Of a stretch of DNA of 64,000 nt, positions 17,842-30,290 are shown in pieces. The DNA is taken from NCBI GenBank assembly GCA_022510865.1, contig JAFLSQ010000004.1:28539-92538 (forward strand). Direction: 5' to 3'. Each line of letters starts with the position of its first letter. The first letter of the stretch is position 1. Source of the DNA: Treponema sp. GTDB taxonomy: Bacteria; Spirochaetota; Spirochaetia; Treponematales; Treponemataceae. Under the pieces are notes generated by a model, which saw nothing but the letters and a program-made list of their open reading frames with translations, did not search any database and was not told where the DNA came from. Both the position numbers and the translations under genes were made by a program.

Positions 17842-19116
17842 ATGGCGGATGAGAAAATTGTCGGTCTGGACATCGGTACAAGCACAATAAGGGTCGCAAT
17901 CGGGGAGATTGATTCAGAGACCGGCCTCCTCCAGATTGCGGGCACTGCCAGCAGGAAATCGGCGGGACTTCGGAACGGTGTCATTGTAAACATTGAGGAC
18001 GCGAAAAATGCCATAAAAGAAGCCATTGATGCGGCGGAGCAGAATGCGGGCACATCCGTGGAGTCTGTCATCACCGCGATTGGCGGCTCGCAGATTGAGA
18101 GCGTGAATTCAAAGGGAACGGTTCCTGTATCAAGCAACGGAAAATCCACAAAAGAAATATCGCGGACGGACGTGGAGCGCGTGATTGAGTGCGCCACCGC
18201 AGTGAAAGTTCCCGAGGACAAGGAGAAGCTGCACGTAATCCCGCAGAATTATATTGTTGACGGCGTGGGCGGCATCTCTGACCCGATTCACCGGATGGGC
18301 ACAAGGCTTGAGGCTGAGGTTCACATTGTGACGGCCGCCAAGACAATCATCCAGAATTTGCGTGCCACAGTCTCCCGCGCGGATTACATCCTTGACGGTG
18401 TGATGCTCAAGACTCTTGCCCAGACGCAGTCGGTCTGTCATCAGGATGAGCTGGAGCTTGGCTCAATCCTCATTGATTTTGGCGCGGGCACTACAGATGT
18501 CCTGATTCTTCTGAACGGTGCGCCCGTGGCAACCGCGTCTGTTCCCGTGGGCGGAAATCTTGTGACGAACGACATCGCGGTTGTCACAGGAATTTCTGTG
18601 GCTGTCGCGGAGGATATAAAAGTTAAGTCCGGGTGCTGCTGGCTTCCGGCAATCACGCCCGCGAATGACACGGAGGTGATTCTGCCAGGCGTTGGCGGAC
18701 GTGCGCCGGAGATTATAATGCGCTCGGAGTTGTGCAGGATTATCCAGGCGAGGGTCGAGCAGATTTTTCACATGGTGCGCTCGGCAATCCAGAAAAATAC
18801 GAACGGCTCGATTAAGCAGCTTTCCGGCAACATCATTCTCACTGGCGGCGGCGCGATGATGGAAGGAATAATTGAGCTTGCGCAGAACACTTTCCAGACT
18901 TCGTCCGTGCGCCTTGGCATTCCGGAGAATATGGGCGGAATCGAGGAGGATTATCGCAGGCCTGATTTTGCCACGGTGATTGGTCTTGTGGTCGCGAACA
19001 AATCCTTGGCGCAGGGAAAAGAGCCTAAAAAGCGCGCCAGAAATCACAGCGCGAAAAAAACTGGCTCGCGGAACGGGGATGGTGTATTAAAAAAGATTTT
19101 TAAATCGCTTTTCTAG
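17842..19116 (+). CDS. ftsA: Cell division protein FtsA
   Basis: Actin-fold motifs [26 protein letters not shown] and [10 protein letters not shown], with a C-terminal amphipathic helix LKKIFKSLF. Confidence 0.9.
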   Translation: MADEKIVGLDIGTSTIRVAIGEIDSETGLLQIAGTASRKSAGLRNGVIVNIEDAKNAIKEAIDAAEQNAGTSVESVITAIGGSQIESVNSKGTVPVSSNGKSTKEISRTDVERVIECATAVKVPEDKEKLHVIPQNYIVDGVGGISDPIHRMGTRLEAEVHIVTAAKTIIQNLRATVSRADYILDGVMLKTLAQTQSVCHQDELELGSILIDFGAGTTDVLILLNGAPVATASVPVGGNLVTNDIAVVTGISVAVAEDIKVKSGCCWLPAITPANDTEVILPGVGGRAPEIIMRSELCRIIQARVEQIFHMVRSAIQKNTNGSIKQLSGNIILTGGGAMMEGIIELAQNTFQTSSVRLGIPENMGGIEEDYRRPDFATVIGLVVANKSLAQGKEPKKRARNHSAKKTGSRNGDGVLKKIFKSLF

Positions 19117-19150
19117 TAAATTTTGGCAAAGGGTAAAGGGAGGAAAAAAA

Positions 19151-20509
19151 ATGGGGAGCCTTGGACTTTCAATCGTAAATGATGAATCGGATTACACGCA
19201 GGCCGCTTATGCGGAGAGCAGTCCTACAAGCATAAAAGTTGTGGGCTGCGGAGGAGGCGGCTCGAACGCGGTGAACCGCATGATTTCGCACGAGCTTAAC
19301 AACGTTGATTTTATTGTGCTGAACACAGACTTGCAGGCTCTGGGCAGGTCAAACGCACACACAAAGCTCGCAATCGGGCAGAAAGTGACAAAAGGACTTG
19401 GGGCGGGCGGTCGTCCGGAAATTGGCGAGCAGGCTGCGGAGGAGGACAAGGAGGCAATCACAAATGAGCTTCGCGGCGCGGACATGGTTTTCATCACCGC
19501 GGGAATGGGCGGCGGAACCGGAACTGGAGCCGCTCCTGTAGTCGCGCGGATTGCAAAAGAGATGGGATGCCTCACCGTCGCCGTCGTGACAACTCCGTTT
19601 GAATTCGAGGGTCATGTGAGGATGCGCCAGGCCATGCAGGGGCTGGAGAAACTGCGCGCTCAGGTGGACTCGCTGATTGTCATTCCGAACGAGCAGCTTT
19701 TCAAGAACATAGACAAAAATCTTACGGTAAAAGAATCATTCCGCAAGGCTGATGAGGTGCTCTGCCAGGGCGTGGAGGGAATCTCGAACATCATCACAAG
19801 TCCGGGCGATGTGAACACGGACTTTGCCGATGTTCGCAATGCGATGAGCGGTCAGGGCAACGCGATTTTCGGAATTGGCGTGGGCGAGGGCGAGAACCGT
19901 GCCTCTGATGCGGCGTACAACGCAATCAACAATCCAATGCTTGAGAATTCCAAGATTGACGGCGCGAAAAACCTTCTCATCAACATCTGCGCGTCCGAGG
20001 AGATTAAGCTCACCGAGGTGCAGGAAATCACAAAAATTGTCACGGCCTCCGCAGACAAAGAATACAATATGTACTGGGGGCAGGTCACTCAGCCGGAGCT
20101 TGAGGGAAGAATCAGCGTGACAGTGATTGCCACCGGTTTTGACAACAGCAGCTCACCGGCATCCGCGCAAAAATCATCTGATGATGTTCCGGAGCCTTCC
20201 GCAAAACTGCCCGAGAACGTTGTGCCCGCCTCCGAGCTTGACGCTCTTCTTAACGGCGGATTGAAGCGGCCCGCGTCTTCCGGCGAGTTTGTCTCCAAAA
20301 AAGACATTGCGGCGGAAAAAGAGAAAACTGAGAAGCAGGGCACTCTTTTCAGCGGACTTTTCCCTGAGGCGGATGAGAAGCCTGCCATCAACCAGAGCGC
20401 GAGGCAGTTCAATCCGCCTGCGGGCTGGAATCCCAACGCGAATGACCTGAGTCATCCTGCAATCTGGACCCGCGAGTTCGGCAAAGGAATCAAAATTTCT
20501 GATGATTAG
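19151..20509 (+). CDS. ftsZ: Cell division GTPase FtsZ
   Basis: [14 protein letters not shown], tubulin signature [20 protein letters not shown]. Long disordered C-terminal linker. Confidence 0.95.
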   Translation: MGSLGLSIVNDESDYTQAAYAESSPTSIKVVGCGGGGSNAVNRMISHELNNVDFIVLNTDLQALGRSNAHTKLAIGQKVTKGLGAGGRPEIGEQAAEEDKEAITNELRGADMVFITAGMGGGTGTGAAPVVARIAKEMGCLTVAVVTTPFEFEGHVRMRQAMQGLEKLRAQVDSLIVIPNEQLFKNIDKNLTVKESFRKADEVLCQGVEGISNIITSPGDVNTDFADVRNAMSGQGNAIFGIGVGEGENRASDAAYNAINNPMLENSKIDGAKNLLINICASEEIKLTEVQEITKIVTASADKEYNMYWGQVTQPELEGRISVTVIATGFDNSSSPASAQKSSDDVPEPSAKLPENVVPASELDALLNGGLKRPASSGEFVSKKDIAAEKEKTEKQGTLFSGLFPEADEKPAINQSARQFNPPAGWNPNANDLSHPAIWTREFGKGIKISDD

Positions 20510-20526
20510 GACGGCCTGTTTTTAGG

Positions 20527-21435
20527 ATGACAACGGACGAGCTTCTCCGGCAGTTTTATTCTGACCTTCTTCTGGTCAAGCGCGACTCAGTGCAGACCGC
20601 CGAGACATACAGAATATCCGCCGGAGAATTCCTTGATTATCTTGTTGAGCAGCGCGTAAAACTGAAAAATGTTTCCGTTCAGCATTTAATGTATTATATT
20701 ATAAAAAGGCAGACCGAGGATTCGTGCTCGCAGATGACTGTCGCAAAGGATATTGCGGCTCTGCGCGCGTTCGGCGCGTATCTTGTGCGCAAGAATTATT
20801 GGAGCGAGAATATCGCGCTGAGCCTTGAGAAGCCGAAAATGGCGCGCAATCTTCCGAAAGTCCTTTCTGTCGAGCAGATTGACGCGCTTTTGGACGGGAT
20901 TGACAAGACCACTCCGTGCGGAAAACGTGACGATGCCCTGTTCGAGCTTGTGTATTCGTGCGGGCTTCGCATAAGCGAGGTCTGCGGCCTTAAAACTGTG
21001 AACGTGCATCTGGATGAGCGCGTAATCCTTGTGCACGGAAAAGGGAACAAAGAGCGGCTCGTTCCGTTCGGCGACAGGGCGGCGCAGAAACTGGAGATTT
21101 ATCTTTCTGATGTGCGGCCCGGTCTGGTTATGGGTAGAAATAATCCTGTTTTGTTTGTAAATTATAAAGGAGAGCCAATTTCCAGAAAGGGTGTCTGGAA
21201 ACGGTTTCAGCAGCTGGAGGCAAGAAGCGGCGTTGAGGCAAAAGTGCACACGCTGCGCCACAGTTTTGCGACCCATCTTCTGGAGGGCGGCGCGGATTTG
21301 CGCTCGGTGCAGGAGCTTTTGGGACATGCGAACCTTGCGACCACTACGATATACACTCATGTGAGTGACCGTCAGCTGGAGCAGACGCATGAGCGTTATT
21401 TCAGTCAGAGTGGTTTCATACGGGAGGAGAAATGA
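20527..21435 (+). CDS. Tyrosine recombinase, XerC/XerD family
   Basis: RDDALFELVYSCGLRISE, HTLRHSFATHLLEGGADLRSVQELLGHANLATTTIYTHV (R..HxxR..Y catalytic set). Confidence 0.85.
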   Translation: MTTDELLRQFYSDLLLVKRDSVQTAETYRISAGEFLDYLVEQRVKLKNVSVQHLMYYIIKRQTEDSCSQMTVAKDIAALRAFGAYLVRKNYWSENIALSLEKPKMARNLPKVLSVEQIDALLDGIDKTTPCGKRDDALFELVYSCGLRISEVCGLKTVNVHLDERVILVHGKGNKERLVPFGDRAAQKLEIYLSDVRPGLVMGRNNPVLFVNYKGEPISRKGVWKRFQQLEARSGVEAKVHTLRHSFATHLLEGGADLRSVQELLGHANLATTTIYTHVSDRQLEQTHERYFSQSGFIREEK

Positions 21436-22157
21436 AAAAACGGATTTTTATTGCGGGTACGATTTTTGCGACCGTGATTTTTGCCTCATGCGGAGTCTCA
21501 AACAAGACAATCACACGTTATCAGAGGCTTGAGGAGGGCGTGTCAAGCCCCACAACCGTAGAGGAGCTAAAAACTGCAATCAAAAAATATCAGGAGCGCG
21601 TGGCTGACATTCAGCTGGCGAACAGTCAGATTGGAATCTGGTATAAGATGCTCGGCACACGTTATATTGACCAGAAAATGTACGGCGAGGCTCTGAAATG
21701 TTTTCAGGAGGCCTTGAAATACTATCCGGATAATCAGAACCTTTATTTTTATGTCGGTGTATGCGCCGGCTATATGTCCCACGCCGCGTTGGACTTCGGC
21801 GCGTCAGGAAGCTCGGAAGTGAGCTACAATTATCTCAAGCTTGCGGAGGAGGCCTATCTGCGCGCAATTGCGATTGAGGAGCGTTATGTCCGCGCGTTGT
21901 ACGGGCTTGGCATCCTCTATGTGTATGAGCTTGAGGAGCCGGAGAAGGCAATCCCGTATCTGGAGCGTGCCGTCTCAATCGAGACAAGGAACATTGACGC
22001 GATGTTCGCGCTTGCCAACGCGTATTGGGCAAGCTACGAGTTCGATAAGTCTGCGGCAATGTTCGATAAAATCATAGCCACAACAAAATCAGCCGAAAGA
22101 AAAGCAACCGCCGAGGAGAACAAAAAACAAGTTCTGGATGCGCTTTATTCAAGATAA
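21432..22157 (+). CDS. TPR-repeat lipoprotein
   Basis: Lipobox VIFASC. Several TPR-like units (YGEALKCFQEALKYYPDN, YVRALYGLGILY). ATGA overlap with the upstream recombinase gene. Confidence 0.6.
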   Translation: MKKRIFIAGTIFATVIFASCGVSNKTITRYQRLEEGVSSPTTVEELKTAIKKYQERVADIQLANSQIGIWYKMLGTRYIDQKMYGEALKCFQEALKYYPDNQNLYFYVGVCAGYMSHAALDFGASGSSEVSYNYLKLAEEAYLRAIAIEERYVRALYGLGILYVYELEEPEKAIPYLERAVSIETRNIDAMFALANAYWASYEFDKSAAMFDKIIATTKSAERKATAEENKKQVLDALYSR

Positions 22158-23190
22158 TTCGGATGAGAATCTGATTTTTAACATCTCTCTTGCAAGAATG
22201 ACTTTTCTTTCCTGCAAAGAGAAAAATTTTTTATCAAAAAAACTTGACAGTTCTCGCTCCCTTGCATTACTGTCTATGGAAGAAATATTTAGTTTCTTGG
22301 GCAGGCCAGTTCCCGCAAGGGCTTTGTGGGATGGCAGGAAAAATCTGGCGGCGGCAGAGAAGGCCGCGCAGCGTTGCGAGCTGATGGGGATTTCTGTAAT
22401 CCACAACGGGCAGCGGGAATATCCCAAGATGCTGCGCAACATTGATAATCCGCCGTTCGTCCTGTACTGCCGCGGGGATGCCGGTGCGCTTAATCAGAAG
22501 TGCGTTTCTGTGGTCGGAACCCGGAGGCTCACTGCCAATGGCCGGCGTGCGGCGCATGACTTTGCCTACGGTGCCGCAAGGAGCGGGTGCACTGTTGTGA
22601 GCGGGCTTGCTTACGGCGCGGATTCCTGTGCGCATAAAGGCGCGGTGGACGCGTTTTTTGACGCGCTTGCTGACGGGGATTCGGATTCGCTGGGAAAGAC
22701 GATTGCCGTCCTGCCAAGCGGGATTGACGAGATTGTTCCTGCCGCGAACAAGCCTCTGGCAGAGAAAATCCTGAAATCCGGCGGATGTATTGTCAGCGAG
22801 TACGAGCCTGGAATGCCCATGGCGAACTGGCATTTTATCGCGCGTAACAGGATTGTCGCGGGATTGTCTCCCGCCGTGGTCGTCATAGAGGCACCTGCGG
22901 GAAGCGGTGCGCTCATCACCGCGGATTTGGCTTTGGAAAGCGGACGCGATGTCTTTTTCCACGAGTCGGCGGTCTCACAGCAGGCGCAGGAGGTTTCGGC
23001 TGTGATAAAACGCTCGCTTGATGCGCGCTTTGCCCGCAAAGAAGTGAGCAGGTACAAAATTGAGAACTGTGTGGAAAAATATCTGGAATCGGGGGCGGCG
23101 TTAATCAGAGATTATGATGATTACTGCAAGGCTCTGGCAGAAATGCCCGGTGAGCGCGGAATTTCTGTGATTCAGGAAGATTTGTTTTAA
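22138..23190 (+). CDS. dprA: DNA processing protein DprA (Smf)
   Basis: Rossmann core VSVVGTRRLTANGRRAAHDFAYGAARSGCTVVSGLAYGADSCAHKGA, then GSGALITA. Classic position upstream of topA. The start is uncertain (22138 or 22198). Confidence 0.8.
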   Translation: MRFIQDNSDENLIFNISLARMTFLSCKEKNFLSKKLDSSRSLALLSMEEIFSFLGRPVPARALWDGRKNLAAAEKAAQRCELMGISVIHNGQREYPKMLRNIDNPPFVLYCRGDAGALNQKCVSVVGTRRLTANGRRAAHDFAYGAARSGCTVVSGLAYGADSCAHKGAVDAFFDALADGDSDSLGKTIAVLPSGIDEIVPAANKPLAEKILKSGGCIVSEYEPGMPMANWHFIARNRIVAGLSPAVVVIEAPAGSGALITADLALESGRDVFFHESAVSQQAQEVSAVIKRSLDARFARKEVSRYKIENCVEKYLESGAALIRDYDDYCKALAEMPGERGISVIQEDLF

Positions 23191-23200
23191 GAGGAAGTGT

Positions 23201-25351
23201 ATGGCTGAACGTAAAAGTGCAAAAAAATCGGATGAGAAAAAATCCCGGACTTTGGTGATTGTGGAGTCGCCCACCAAGGCCCACACAATAGAAAAGTATC
23301 TTGGGCCGGGGTACACGGTGAAGGCATCGGTCGGTCATCTGATTGACCTGCCGAAATCCAGGATGGCAATCGATGTTGAGCACGGCTTTCAGCCGGAATA
23401 CATCACTGTGCGCGGAAAAGCGAAGCTTTTGAAGGAGCTTCAGAAAGAGGCGAAAAAAAGCGACGCTGTCCTGCTCGCATCGGATAATGACCGAGAGGGC
23501 GAGGCAATCGCATGGCATCTGAACAACGCCCTGCGTGACAAGACCAACGCGAAAATCAGCAGGATTGTTTTCAATGAGATTACGCCCGCCGCGATTACTG
23601 CGGCGGTTGAGCGGCCCGGCGAGATTGTCGAGTCTAAAGTGAATGCGCAGAAAGCGCGGCGTGTGCTTGACAGGCTTGTGGGCTATAATCTCAGCCCGCT
23701 TTTGTGGACAAAAGTCAAGAACGGACTTTCTGCGGGGCGCGTGCAGTCTGTCGCGCTCAGGCTGATTTGCGAGCGTGAGCAGGAGGTGGAGGATTTTCTG
23801 CCCGAGGAATACTGGTCTTTGGACGCGGATTTTTCCAAAGGAAAGTCGCAGTTCACGGCGCAGCTTGTAAAGTATGAGGGTCAGAATCCGGTGCTTAAGA
23901 ATGAGGATGATGTGAACGAGATTATCGGGAAAATCAGGAATTCACCGTGCGCGGTCTCATCAATCAAAAAAACGGAGAAGACAGTGAGGCCAAAACCTCC
24001 GTTCACCACATCAAAATTGCAGCAGGCTTCGGCGAACAGGCTTGGCTTTACCTCCAGAAAAACGATGCAGATTGCCCAGCAGCTTTACGAGGGCATTCAG
24101 ATTGGCTCGAACCACGTGGGACTCATAACTTATATGCGAACGGATTCTGTGCGGATTTCTGAGACTGCCCTTGAGGATGTGCGCGCCTGGCTCGCAGAAA
24201 ATCATCCGGCGGAGCTTCCGCCTGAGCCTCTGCATTACGCGGTGGGAAAATCGGCGCAGGACGCTCACGAGGGAATCCGCCCGACTTACACAAGTTACAC
24301 GCCCGAGAGCATCAAAGAGTATCTGAGCCATGACCAGTTCCGCCTTTATTCGATTATCTGGGAGCGTTTTGTCTCAAGCCAGATGACGAACGCGAAAATG
24401 GTCACGACATCCGCAGAGATTACCGCGGGGGATGCGGTTTTCCGCGTGGCGGCCAGCAAAATCGCGGAGAAGGGATTTTATCAGGTGATTAAGCTGCTGT
24501 CATCAAAAGAGGACAAGAGCGCGAGCCTTCCCGCATTGAAAGAGGGCGAGGAGCTTTTGGTCAGCAGTTTTCATCCCGAGCAGCATTTCACTCAGGGACC
24601 TGCCCGCTACACGGACGCGTCAATAGTCCGTATGCTTGAGGAGAAGGGGATTGGCAGGCCGTCAACTTACGCAACAATCATCTCGGTTCTTCTGGACCGC
24701 TATTATGTGACGCGGAGCAACAAGCAGCTTGTTCCCACGCAGCTTGGCCGCATGATAAACAAAATCCTTGTGGAGAGTTTTCCGGAGGTAATCAACGAGG
24801 AATTTACCGCTCAGGTGGAGAACAATCTTGACAAGGTTGAGGCGGATGAGCTTGTATGGAACAACATAATCGGGGATTTTTACGGGCCGTTCAAGCAGAA
24901 GGTCGATGACGTGATGGAGCATCAGCAGAGCATGAAAGGCTTCCTTGACGAGAAAACCGACAAAATCTGCGAGCTTTGCGGAAAGCCGATGGTGAAAAAA
25001 CTCGGAAGATTCGGATTTTTCCTTGCCTGCTCCGGTTTCCCGGAGTGCCACAACACAAAATCGATTCCGCTGGCAAAATGCCCCTGCAAGGGCTGCGGCG
25101 GCGAGATTGTCGAGCGCAAGACAAAAGGCCGTGGAAAATCATTCTTCGGGTGCACTAATTACCCGGACTGCACGTTCATCAGCCATTTCAAGCCGCTTGA
25201 CAATCAGTACTGCCCCAAATGCGGCTGGTTTCTTGTGGAGAAATACGACAAGAAAAATGGGACTTACAAAAGCTGCATAAATCCGGACTGCGATTATCTG
25301 CACAGCGCGGAGGGGGAGGCGAATCCTGCGGCGGCGGGCGATGAGGACTGA
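23201..25351 (+). CDS. topA: DNA topoisomerase I
   Basis: [28 protein letters not shown], active-site region [10 protein letters not shown], and three C-terminal Cys4 zinc ribbons. GAGGAAG RBS. Confidence 0.95.
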   Translation: MAERKSAKKSDEKKSRTLVIVESPTKAHTIEKYLGPGYTVKASVGHLIDLPKSRMAIDVEHGFQPEYITVRGKAKLLKELQKEAKKSDAVLLASDNDREGEAIAWHLNNALRDKTNAKISRIVFNEITPAAITAAVERPGEIVESKVNAQKARRVLDRLVGYNLSPLLWTKVKNGLSAGRVQSVALRLICEREQEVEDFLPEEYWSLDADFSKGKSQFTAQLVKYEGQNPVLKNEDDVNEIIGKIRNSPCAVSSIKKTEKTVRPKPPFTTSKLQQASANRLGFTSRKTMQIAQQLYEGIQIGSNHVGLITYMRTDSVRISETALEDVRAWLAENHPAELPPEPLHYAVGKSAQDAHEGIRPTYTSYTPESIKEYLSHDQFRLYSIIWERFVSSQMTNAKMVTTSAEITAGDAVFRVAASKIAEKGFYQVIKLLSSKEDKSASLPALKEGEELLVSSFHPEQHFTQGPARYTDASIVRMLEEKGIGRPSTYATIISVLLDRYYVTRSNKQLVPTQLGRMINKILVESFPEVINEEFTAQVENNLDKVEADELVWNNIIGDFYGPFKQKVDDVMEHQQSMKGFLDEKTDKICELCGKPMVKKLGRFGFFLACSGFPECHNTKSIPLAKCPCKGCGGEIVERKTKGRGKSFFGCTNYPDCTFISHFKPLDNQYCPKCGWFLVEKYDKKNGTYKSCINPDCDYLHSAEGEANPAAAGDED

Positions 25352-25379
25352 TTGCCGCGCTTTTGTACGGAGGATTTTT

Positions 25380-26876
25380 ATGGCGAAAAAGTATGTCATC
25401 GCGCTTGACCAGGGAACAACATCGTGCAGGGCGATTGTCTACGACAAGAACGCGCTTGCTTTGGGCGCGAAGCAGCAGGAATTCACTCAGTATTATCCTC
25501 GTCCGGGGTGGGTGGAGCACGATGCGGAGGAGATTTTCAAGTGCCAGCTGATGGTCCTGCAAAATCTTCTGATAGAGAATGAGATTCGCAATGATGAGAT
25601 TGCCGCCATCGGAATCACAAATCAACGGGAAAGCGTGGTCATCTGGGACAAGCGGACCGGGAGGCCGGTGTACAACTGCATTGTCTGGCAGTGCCGCAGG
25701 ACATCGGATTATTGCCAGAGACTGATTGCCGACGGTCACGCCGATACAATCCACCAGAAAACAGGCCTTCTGATTGACGCTTATTTTTCCGCCACAAAAA
25801 TAAAATGGATTCTGGACAACGTTCCCGGCGCAAGGGAACGCGCGGAAAAAGGCGAGCTTCTTGCGGGCACAATCGACACGTGGCTCATCTGGAAGCTTTC
25901 CGGCGGAAAACGCCACATTACCGACCTCACGAACGCCAGCCGCACCATGATGTTCAACATTCACAATCTGGATTGGGATGACTGGATTCTGCGTCTTCTT
26001 GATATTCCGCGCTGCATTCTTCCTGAGGTCACAGACTCATCAAAAATCTACTGCCAGACCGACCGCGGCATCTGCGGATTCTCTGCCCCGATTGCGTCCG
26101 CGATAGGCGATCAGCAGGCAGCTTTGTTCGGGCAGGGCTGCTTTAAGAAAGGCGACGCAAAGAACACTTATGGGACCGGCTGCTTCATGCTGATGAACGT
26201 GGGGAAAAATCCGGTGACATCAGAACGTCTGCTCACGACAATCGCGCTTGGCATTGACGGAAAAGTTGAGTACGCGCTTGAGGGAAGCGTTTTCATAGGC
26301 GGCGCGGTAATCAAATGGCTGAGGGATGAGCTTGAGCTGATTTCTTCCGCCCCGGAGATTGACCGGCTTGCGCAGAGCGTTCCTGACTCGAACGGCGTTT
26401 ATCTTGTGCCGGCGTTCGTGGGGCTGGGAACGCCCTACTGGGATATGTACGCGCGCGGGACAATCGTCGGGCTTACACGCGGTGTGAAAAAATCGCACAT
26501 CTGCCGTGCCGCGCTGGAAGGAATCGCATACGAGGTGCGGGATGTCCTGGATGCAATGGTCAAAGACTCCGGCATATCGATTAACACGCTGAATGTCGAT
26601 GGCGGGGCCTGCGTGAGCGACATAATGATGCAGTTTCAGGCCGATATTCTGAACGTGCGGGTCTGCCGTCCGAAAAATGTCGAGACCACCGCGCTCGGCG
26701 CGGCGTACCTTGCGGGGCTTGCCGTGGGTTTCTGGAAAAGCAGGGAGGAGATTCTGCAAAACCGCGAGACCCAGCGGATTTTTGAGCCTGACATGAGCGA
26801 CAAGACCCGCTCCGCGCTTTACAAAGGATGGCAGCGCGCCGTTGAGCGTGCAAAATCCTGGAGCGAGGAGGATTGA
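25380..26876 (+). CDS. glpK: Glycerol kinase
   Basis: [49 protein letters not shown] before ATG 25380. Confidence 0.95.
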   Translation: MAKKYVIALDQGTTSCRAIVYDKNALALGAKQQEFTQYYPRPGWVEHDAEEIFKCQLMVLQNLLIENEIRNDEIAAIGITNQRESVVIWDKRTGRPVYNCIVWQCRRTSDYCQRLIADGHADTIHQKTGLLIDAYFSATKIKWILDNVPGARERAEKGELLAGTIDTWLIWKLSGGKRHITDLTNASRTMMFNIHNLDWDDWILRLLDIPRCILPEVTDSSKIYCQTDRGICGFSAPIASAIGDQQAALFGQGCFKKGDAKNTYGTGCFMLMNVGKNPVTSERLLTTIALGIDGKVEYALEGSVFIGGAVIKWLRDELELISSAPEIDRLAQSVPDSNGVYLVPAFVGLGTPYWDMYARGTIVGLTRGVKKSHICRAALEGIAYEVRDVLDAMVKDSGISINTLNVDGGACVSDIMMQFQADILNVRVCRPKNVETTALGAAYLAGLAVGFWKSREEILQNRETQRIFEPDMSDKTRSALYKGWQRAVERAKSWSEED

Positions 26877-26937
26877 CAATCCTCTGATTGCCAGCTGCCA
26901 TGATTTTTGCAGGTTTTTCCGGGCTGTAAGTGGCGGT

Positions 26938-26965
26938 TTGGGAATCCGTTTTTTATGCCGATAAT
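26938..26965 (+). promoter_or_regulatory. Candidate promoter abutting the xerC start (leaderless arrangement)
   Basis: TTGGGA-16 nt-GATAAT, then 6 nt, then ATG 26972. No Shine-Dalgarno. Confidence 0.35.
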
Positions 26966-26971
26966 ATTTTT

Positions 26972-27874
26972 ATGACGCTCAAAGATGCTTGTGATGAATT
27001 TCTGCTTTATATCGGTTCTGTGCGAGGTCTTTCACAGAACACCGTGGAAGGCTACGGGCGCGACCTTGCGAAGTTCCAGTCTTTTCTTGCGCCAAGTCTG
27101 GAAATCGGCTCGGTGACGCAGGAGAATATTCTGCTGTGCATTGGAATGCTTTCGGCGCAGCGCGCGTCCTCTGCCAGCGTGAACCGTTTTATGTCCGCGG
27201 TGCGCAATCTTTTTGCTTATGCAAAAAAAATCGGGTACATAGACAGGAATCCGGCGCAGGAAGTGAGGAACGTGAAGAATCCGCAGGTTGTGGCCGCTTT
27301 TATGACCGAGCGCGAGGTGGACGCTCTTTGCGCTCAGCCGTCAAAAAAAGAGCTTTTGTGGACGACCCGCGACACCGCCATTTTCAGAATGCTTTACTCG
27401 TCGGGCTGCCGAATCAGCGAGCTGACGAGCATCCGGCTGTCTGACTTCCGCAGGAATTATCACAGCGCGGTGATTACCGGAAAAGGAAACAAACAGCGGA
27501 TTGTCTACTTTGACCCGGTTTCCAGAAACGCTCTGGCATCATATCTTGCCGACAGAAAAAAAGTTCTTGTGGAAAACGGGCGTGACGCGGCCGAGGACAG
27601 GCTTTTTATCAATCAGAAAGGCCTGCCAATCACAACCGGCGGGATGCGTTACATTCTTTCCAGATATTCCGGGGAGGAGGGCACGAAAAAGCACGTGAAT
27701 CCTCATGCGTTCCGCCACACTTTTGCGACCACGCTTCTGAACAACGGCGCGGACGTGCGGATGGTTCAGGAGCTTCTTGGGCATTCGAGCATAAACACAA
27801 CGCAGCGTTACACTCACATCACGACTGAGCGGCTGAAAGAGGTGTACAATCTCTCGCATCCGCATTCGCACTGA
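26972..27874 (+). CDS. xerC: Tyrosine recombinase XerC (CodV-like, linked to hslVU)
   Basis: LSQNTVEGYGRDL, RDTAIFRMLYSSGCRISE, HAFRHTFATTLLNNGADVRMVQELLGHSSINTTQRYTH. Start moved to ATG 26972. Confidence 0.8.
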   Translation: MTLKDACDEFLLYIGSVRGLSQNTVEGYGRDLAKFQSFLAPSLEIGSVTQENILLCIGMLSAQRASSASVNRFMSAVRNLFAYAKKIGYIDRNPAQEVRNVKNPQVVAAFMTEREVDALCAQPSKKELLWTTRDTAIFRMLYSSGCRISELTSIRLSDFRRNYHSAVITGKGNKQRIVYFDPVSRNALASYLADRKKVLVENGRDAAEDRLFINQKGLPITTGGMRYILSRYSGEEGTKKHVNPHAFRHTFATTLLNNGADVRMVQELLGHSSINTTQRYTHITTERLKEVYNLSHPHSH

Positions 27875-27938
27875 TTTTTTTGACGGAAAACTCCGGGCGG
27901 ACTTCAGGCCTGCAATCAGACTTGTTTTGATTTTTTAT

Positions 27939-27967
27939 TTGCCGATTGGCGGAGAAATCAGTATATT
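27939..27967 (+). promoter_or_regulatory. Candidate sigma70 promoter for hslVU
   Basis: TTGCCG-17 nt-TATATT, about 50 nt upstream of the hslV ATG. Confidence 0.35.
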
Positions 27968-28016
27968 AAAATCATAGCGTAATTTTGATAGCATCACACG
28001 ATTTTTTGGAGTATAT

Positions 28017-28562
28017 ATGGGAAACAAGGATAAAATCCGCAGCACGACTATTCTTGCCGTCAGGCGCAATGGTCAGGTTGCGATGGCGGGAGACGGGCAG
28101 TGCACTCTTGGCGAGACTGTCTGCAAGGGAAATTCCCGCAAAGTGCGTAAAATTTATGACGGAAAAATTCTAACCGGATTTGCGGGCAGCGTCGCGGATG
28201 CGTTCACCCTGCTCGACCGCTTTGAGGCGAAGGTCAAGGAATATCATGGCGATATTATGCGCTCTGCCGTGGAGCTTGCGAAGGCGTGGCGTACAGACAG
28301 AATGCTGCAGAAACTTGAGGCAATGCTTCTTGTGGCGGACAAGAACCAGATTCTTCTGATAAGCGGGGACGGCAACGTGATAGAGCCAGAGAAAGATGCG
28401 ATTGCAATCGGGTCCGGCGGAAATTACGCTTATTCCGCCGCGCTGGCGTACCTTGACTCCTCGGATTTGACTGCGCGTGAGATTGCCGAGCGCTCGCTGA
28501 ACATTGCCGGCAGCATCTGCATCTACACGAACCAGAACCTTACGATTGAGACTTTGGAATAG
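28017..28562 (+). CDS. hslV: ATP-dependent protease subunit HslV
   Basis: N-terminal Thr nucleophile context [19 protein letters not shown], then [17 protein letters not shown]. Confidence 0.9.
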   Translation: MGNKDKIRSTTILAVRRNGQVAMAGDGQCTLGETVCKGNSRKVRKIYDGKILTGFAGSVADAFTLLDRFEAKVKEYHGDIMRSAVELAKAWRTDRMLQKLEAMLLVADKNQILLISGDGNVIEPEKDAIAIGSGGNYAYSAALAYLDSSDLTAREIAERSLNIAGSICIYTNQNLTIETLE

Positions 28563-28592
28563 CAAAACAAGCGAACAGGCAGAGGAAAAGTG

Positions 28593-30110
28593 ATGGAAAA
28601 AATTGATAACAGGACAGAGCTTACACCAAAACAGATTGTAGAGAAACTTGACGGATATATAATCGGGCAGGACAAAGCAAAGCGCGCTGTTGCCGTTGCC
28701 CTGCGTAACCGTTTCCGAAGGCTCAAGCTTCCGGAAGGAATCCGCGATGAAGTCGCACCAAAAAACATTTTGATGATAGGCCCGACAGGCTGCGGCAAAA
28801 CTGAGATTGCCCGGAGGCTCGCGAAACTTTGCGGCGCACCCTTCCTTAAAGTTGAGGCGACAAAATACACCGAGGTCGGATATGTCGGCCGGGATGTCGA
28901 GAGCATGATTCGTGACCTCATGGCCGTAGGCTGCAACGATGTCAAAGCCGAGATGGAGGAGCAGCTCCGGGAAAAATCCGTGAGCGTCGTGGAGGACAGG
29001 CTTCTTGACCTGCTTCTGCCGGGAAGCGGAAAAAAAGGAAAAGACGGAAAATCAGAGAAAACTGAGGGCGGCACGAAACCTCTCGGATTTCTGAGCCAGG
29101 TCAATCCTAATGAGATTACGATTGACCTGCATAAAATGGCGGAGGATATTCAGCCGCAGGACGAGGCAGAGAATCCCGGGCAGCCAGAGAATCAGAAAGC
29201 CGATGATTCTGCGGCGGAGGCGGACAATCACACCCGCGAGAAATTCCGCCAGATGCTCCGCGAGGGAAAGCTTGAGGACCGCGAGATTGACATGGTCGTG
29301 CACCGCAACATTGGAATGCCGAACATGGAGATTATTGCCGGAGGCAGCCTTGACGACTTGCAGAACAGTATGCAGGGCATCCTGAACATGATGAACGGCT
29401 CGGGACGCGGGAAAAAGCGCACCGTGACTGTGAGGGAGGCGCGGAAAATCCTAACCGAGGAAGTGCTTGACAGCATGGTTGACCACGACAAGGTTGCGGA
29501 TGAGGCAAGGCGGCGCGTGGAGCAGAGCGGGATTATTTTCATTGATGAGATAGACAAGATTGCCGTGCGCGGTGAGAGCCACGGGCAGGATGTCAGCCGC
29601 GAGGGTGTTCAGCGCGATATTCTCCCGATTGTCGAGGGAAGCAACGTGAACACAAAATTCGGGGTCGTCGATACCACGCACATTCTGTTCATTGCGGCGG
29701 GCGCGTTCAGCGTTGCGGCTCCAAGCGACCTTATCCCTGAGCTGCAGGGGCGTTTTCCGCTGCGCGTGGAACTGGACTCGCTTCACAAGGACGATTTCAA
29801 GCGCATCCTCTCCGAGCCAAAGAACAGCCTCATAATGCAGTACACCGCGCTTTTGGAGACCGAGGGCGTCAAGCTTGACATCACCGATGAGGCAATCGAC
29901 CGGATGAGCGTTGTCGCCGAGGAAGTGAATGCCAGCGCGGAGAACATCGGGGCCAGACGGCTGCACACAATCATGGAGAAAGTCCTTGCGGACATAAATT
30001 TTGAGGCGGACGAGCACAAAGGCGAGACAATCGTGATTGACGCCGCCTATGTTGACAGCAAGCTGGAGGGAATCTCGCAGAACCAGGACTTGAGCAGATA
30101 CATCCTGTAA
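28593..30110 (+). CDS. hslU: ATP-dependent protease ATPase subunit HslU
   Basis: [31 protein letters not shown], Walker [16 protein letters not shown], Walker [10 protein letters not shown]. The acidic intermediate domain is enlarged. Confidence 0.9.
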   Translation: MEKIDNRTELTPKQIVEKLDGYIIGQDKAKRAVAVALRNRFRRLKLPEGIRDEVAPKNILMIGPTGCGKTEIARRLAKLCGAPFLKVEATKYTEVGYVGRDVESMIRDLMAVGCNDVKAEMEEQLREKSVSVVEDRLLDLLLPGSGKKGKDGKSEKTEGGTKPLGFLSQVNPNEITIDLHKMAEDIQPQDEAENPGQPENQKADDSAAEADNHTREKFRQMLREGKLEDREIDMVVHRNIGMPNMEIIAGGSLDDLQNSMQGILNMMNGSGRGKKRTVTVREARKILTEEVLDSMVDHDKVADEARRRVEQSGIIFIDEIDKIAVRGESHGQDVSREGVQRDILPIVEGSNVNTKFGVVDTTHILFIAAGAFSVAAPSDLIPELQGRFPLRVELDSLHKDDFKRILSEPKNSLIMQYTALLETEGVKLDITDEAIDRMSVVAEEVNASAENIGARRLHTIMEKVLADINFEADEHKGETIVIDAAYVDSKLEGISQNQDLSRYIL

Positions 30111-30166
30111 AATTCTGCGGATTTTTATACCGCGCCTAAAAATCCACTGTGATTTTCCTGCAAAAA

Positions 30167-30198
30167 CTGGCCGCGCATTGCCCGCGGTCAGTTTTTTT
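30167..30198 (+). terminator. Rho-independent terminator after hslU
   Basis: CTGGCCGCG-cattgcc-CGCGGTCAG (9 bp including one G-U pair) followed by T7. Confidence 0.7.
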
Positions 30199-30290
30199 GT
30201 CTTGGCCGCAAAAAATCGATTTTCTTGCCGGCCCGGGCATCAAAAATCATCCGGGAATGATTTTCATGCCTTGTTTTCCGCACATTTTCC

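Noticed and set aside
26868-26884. Hairpin GAGGATT-gac-AATCCTC overlapping the glpK stop codon, considered as a terminator.
   Set aside because: The stem is only 7 bp with a 3-nt loop and there is no downstream T-run.
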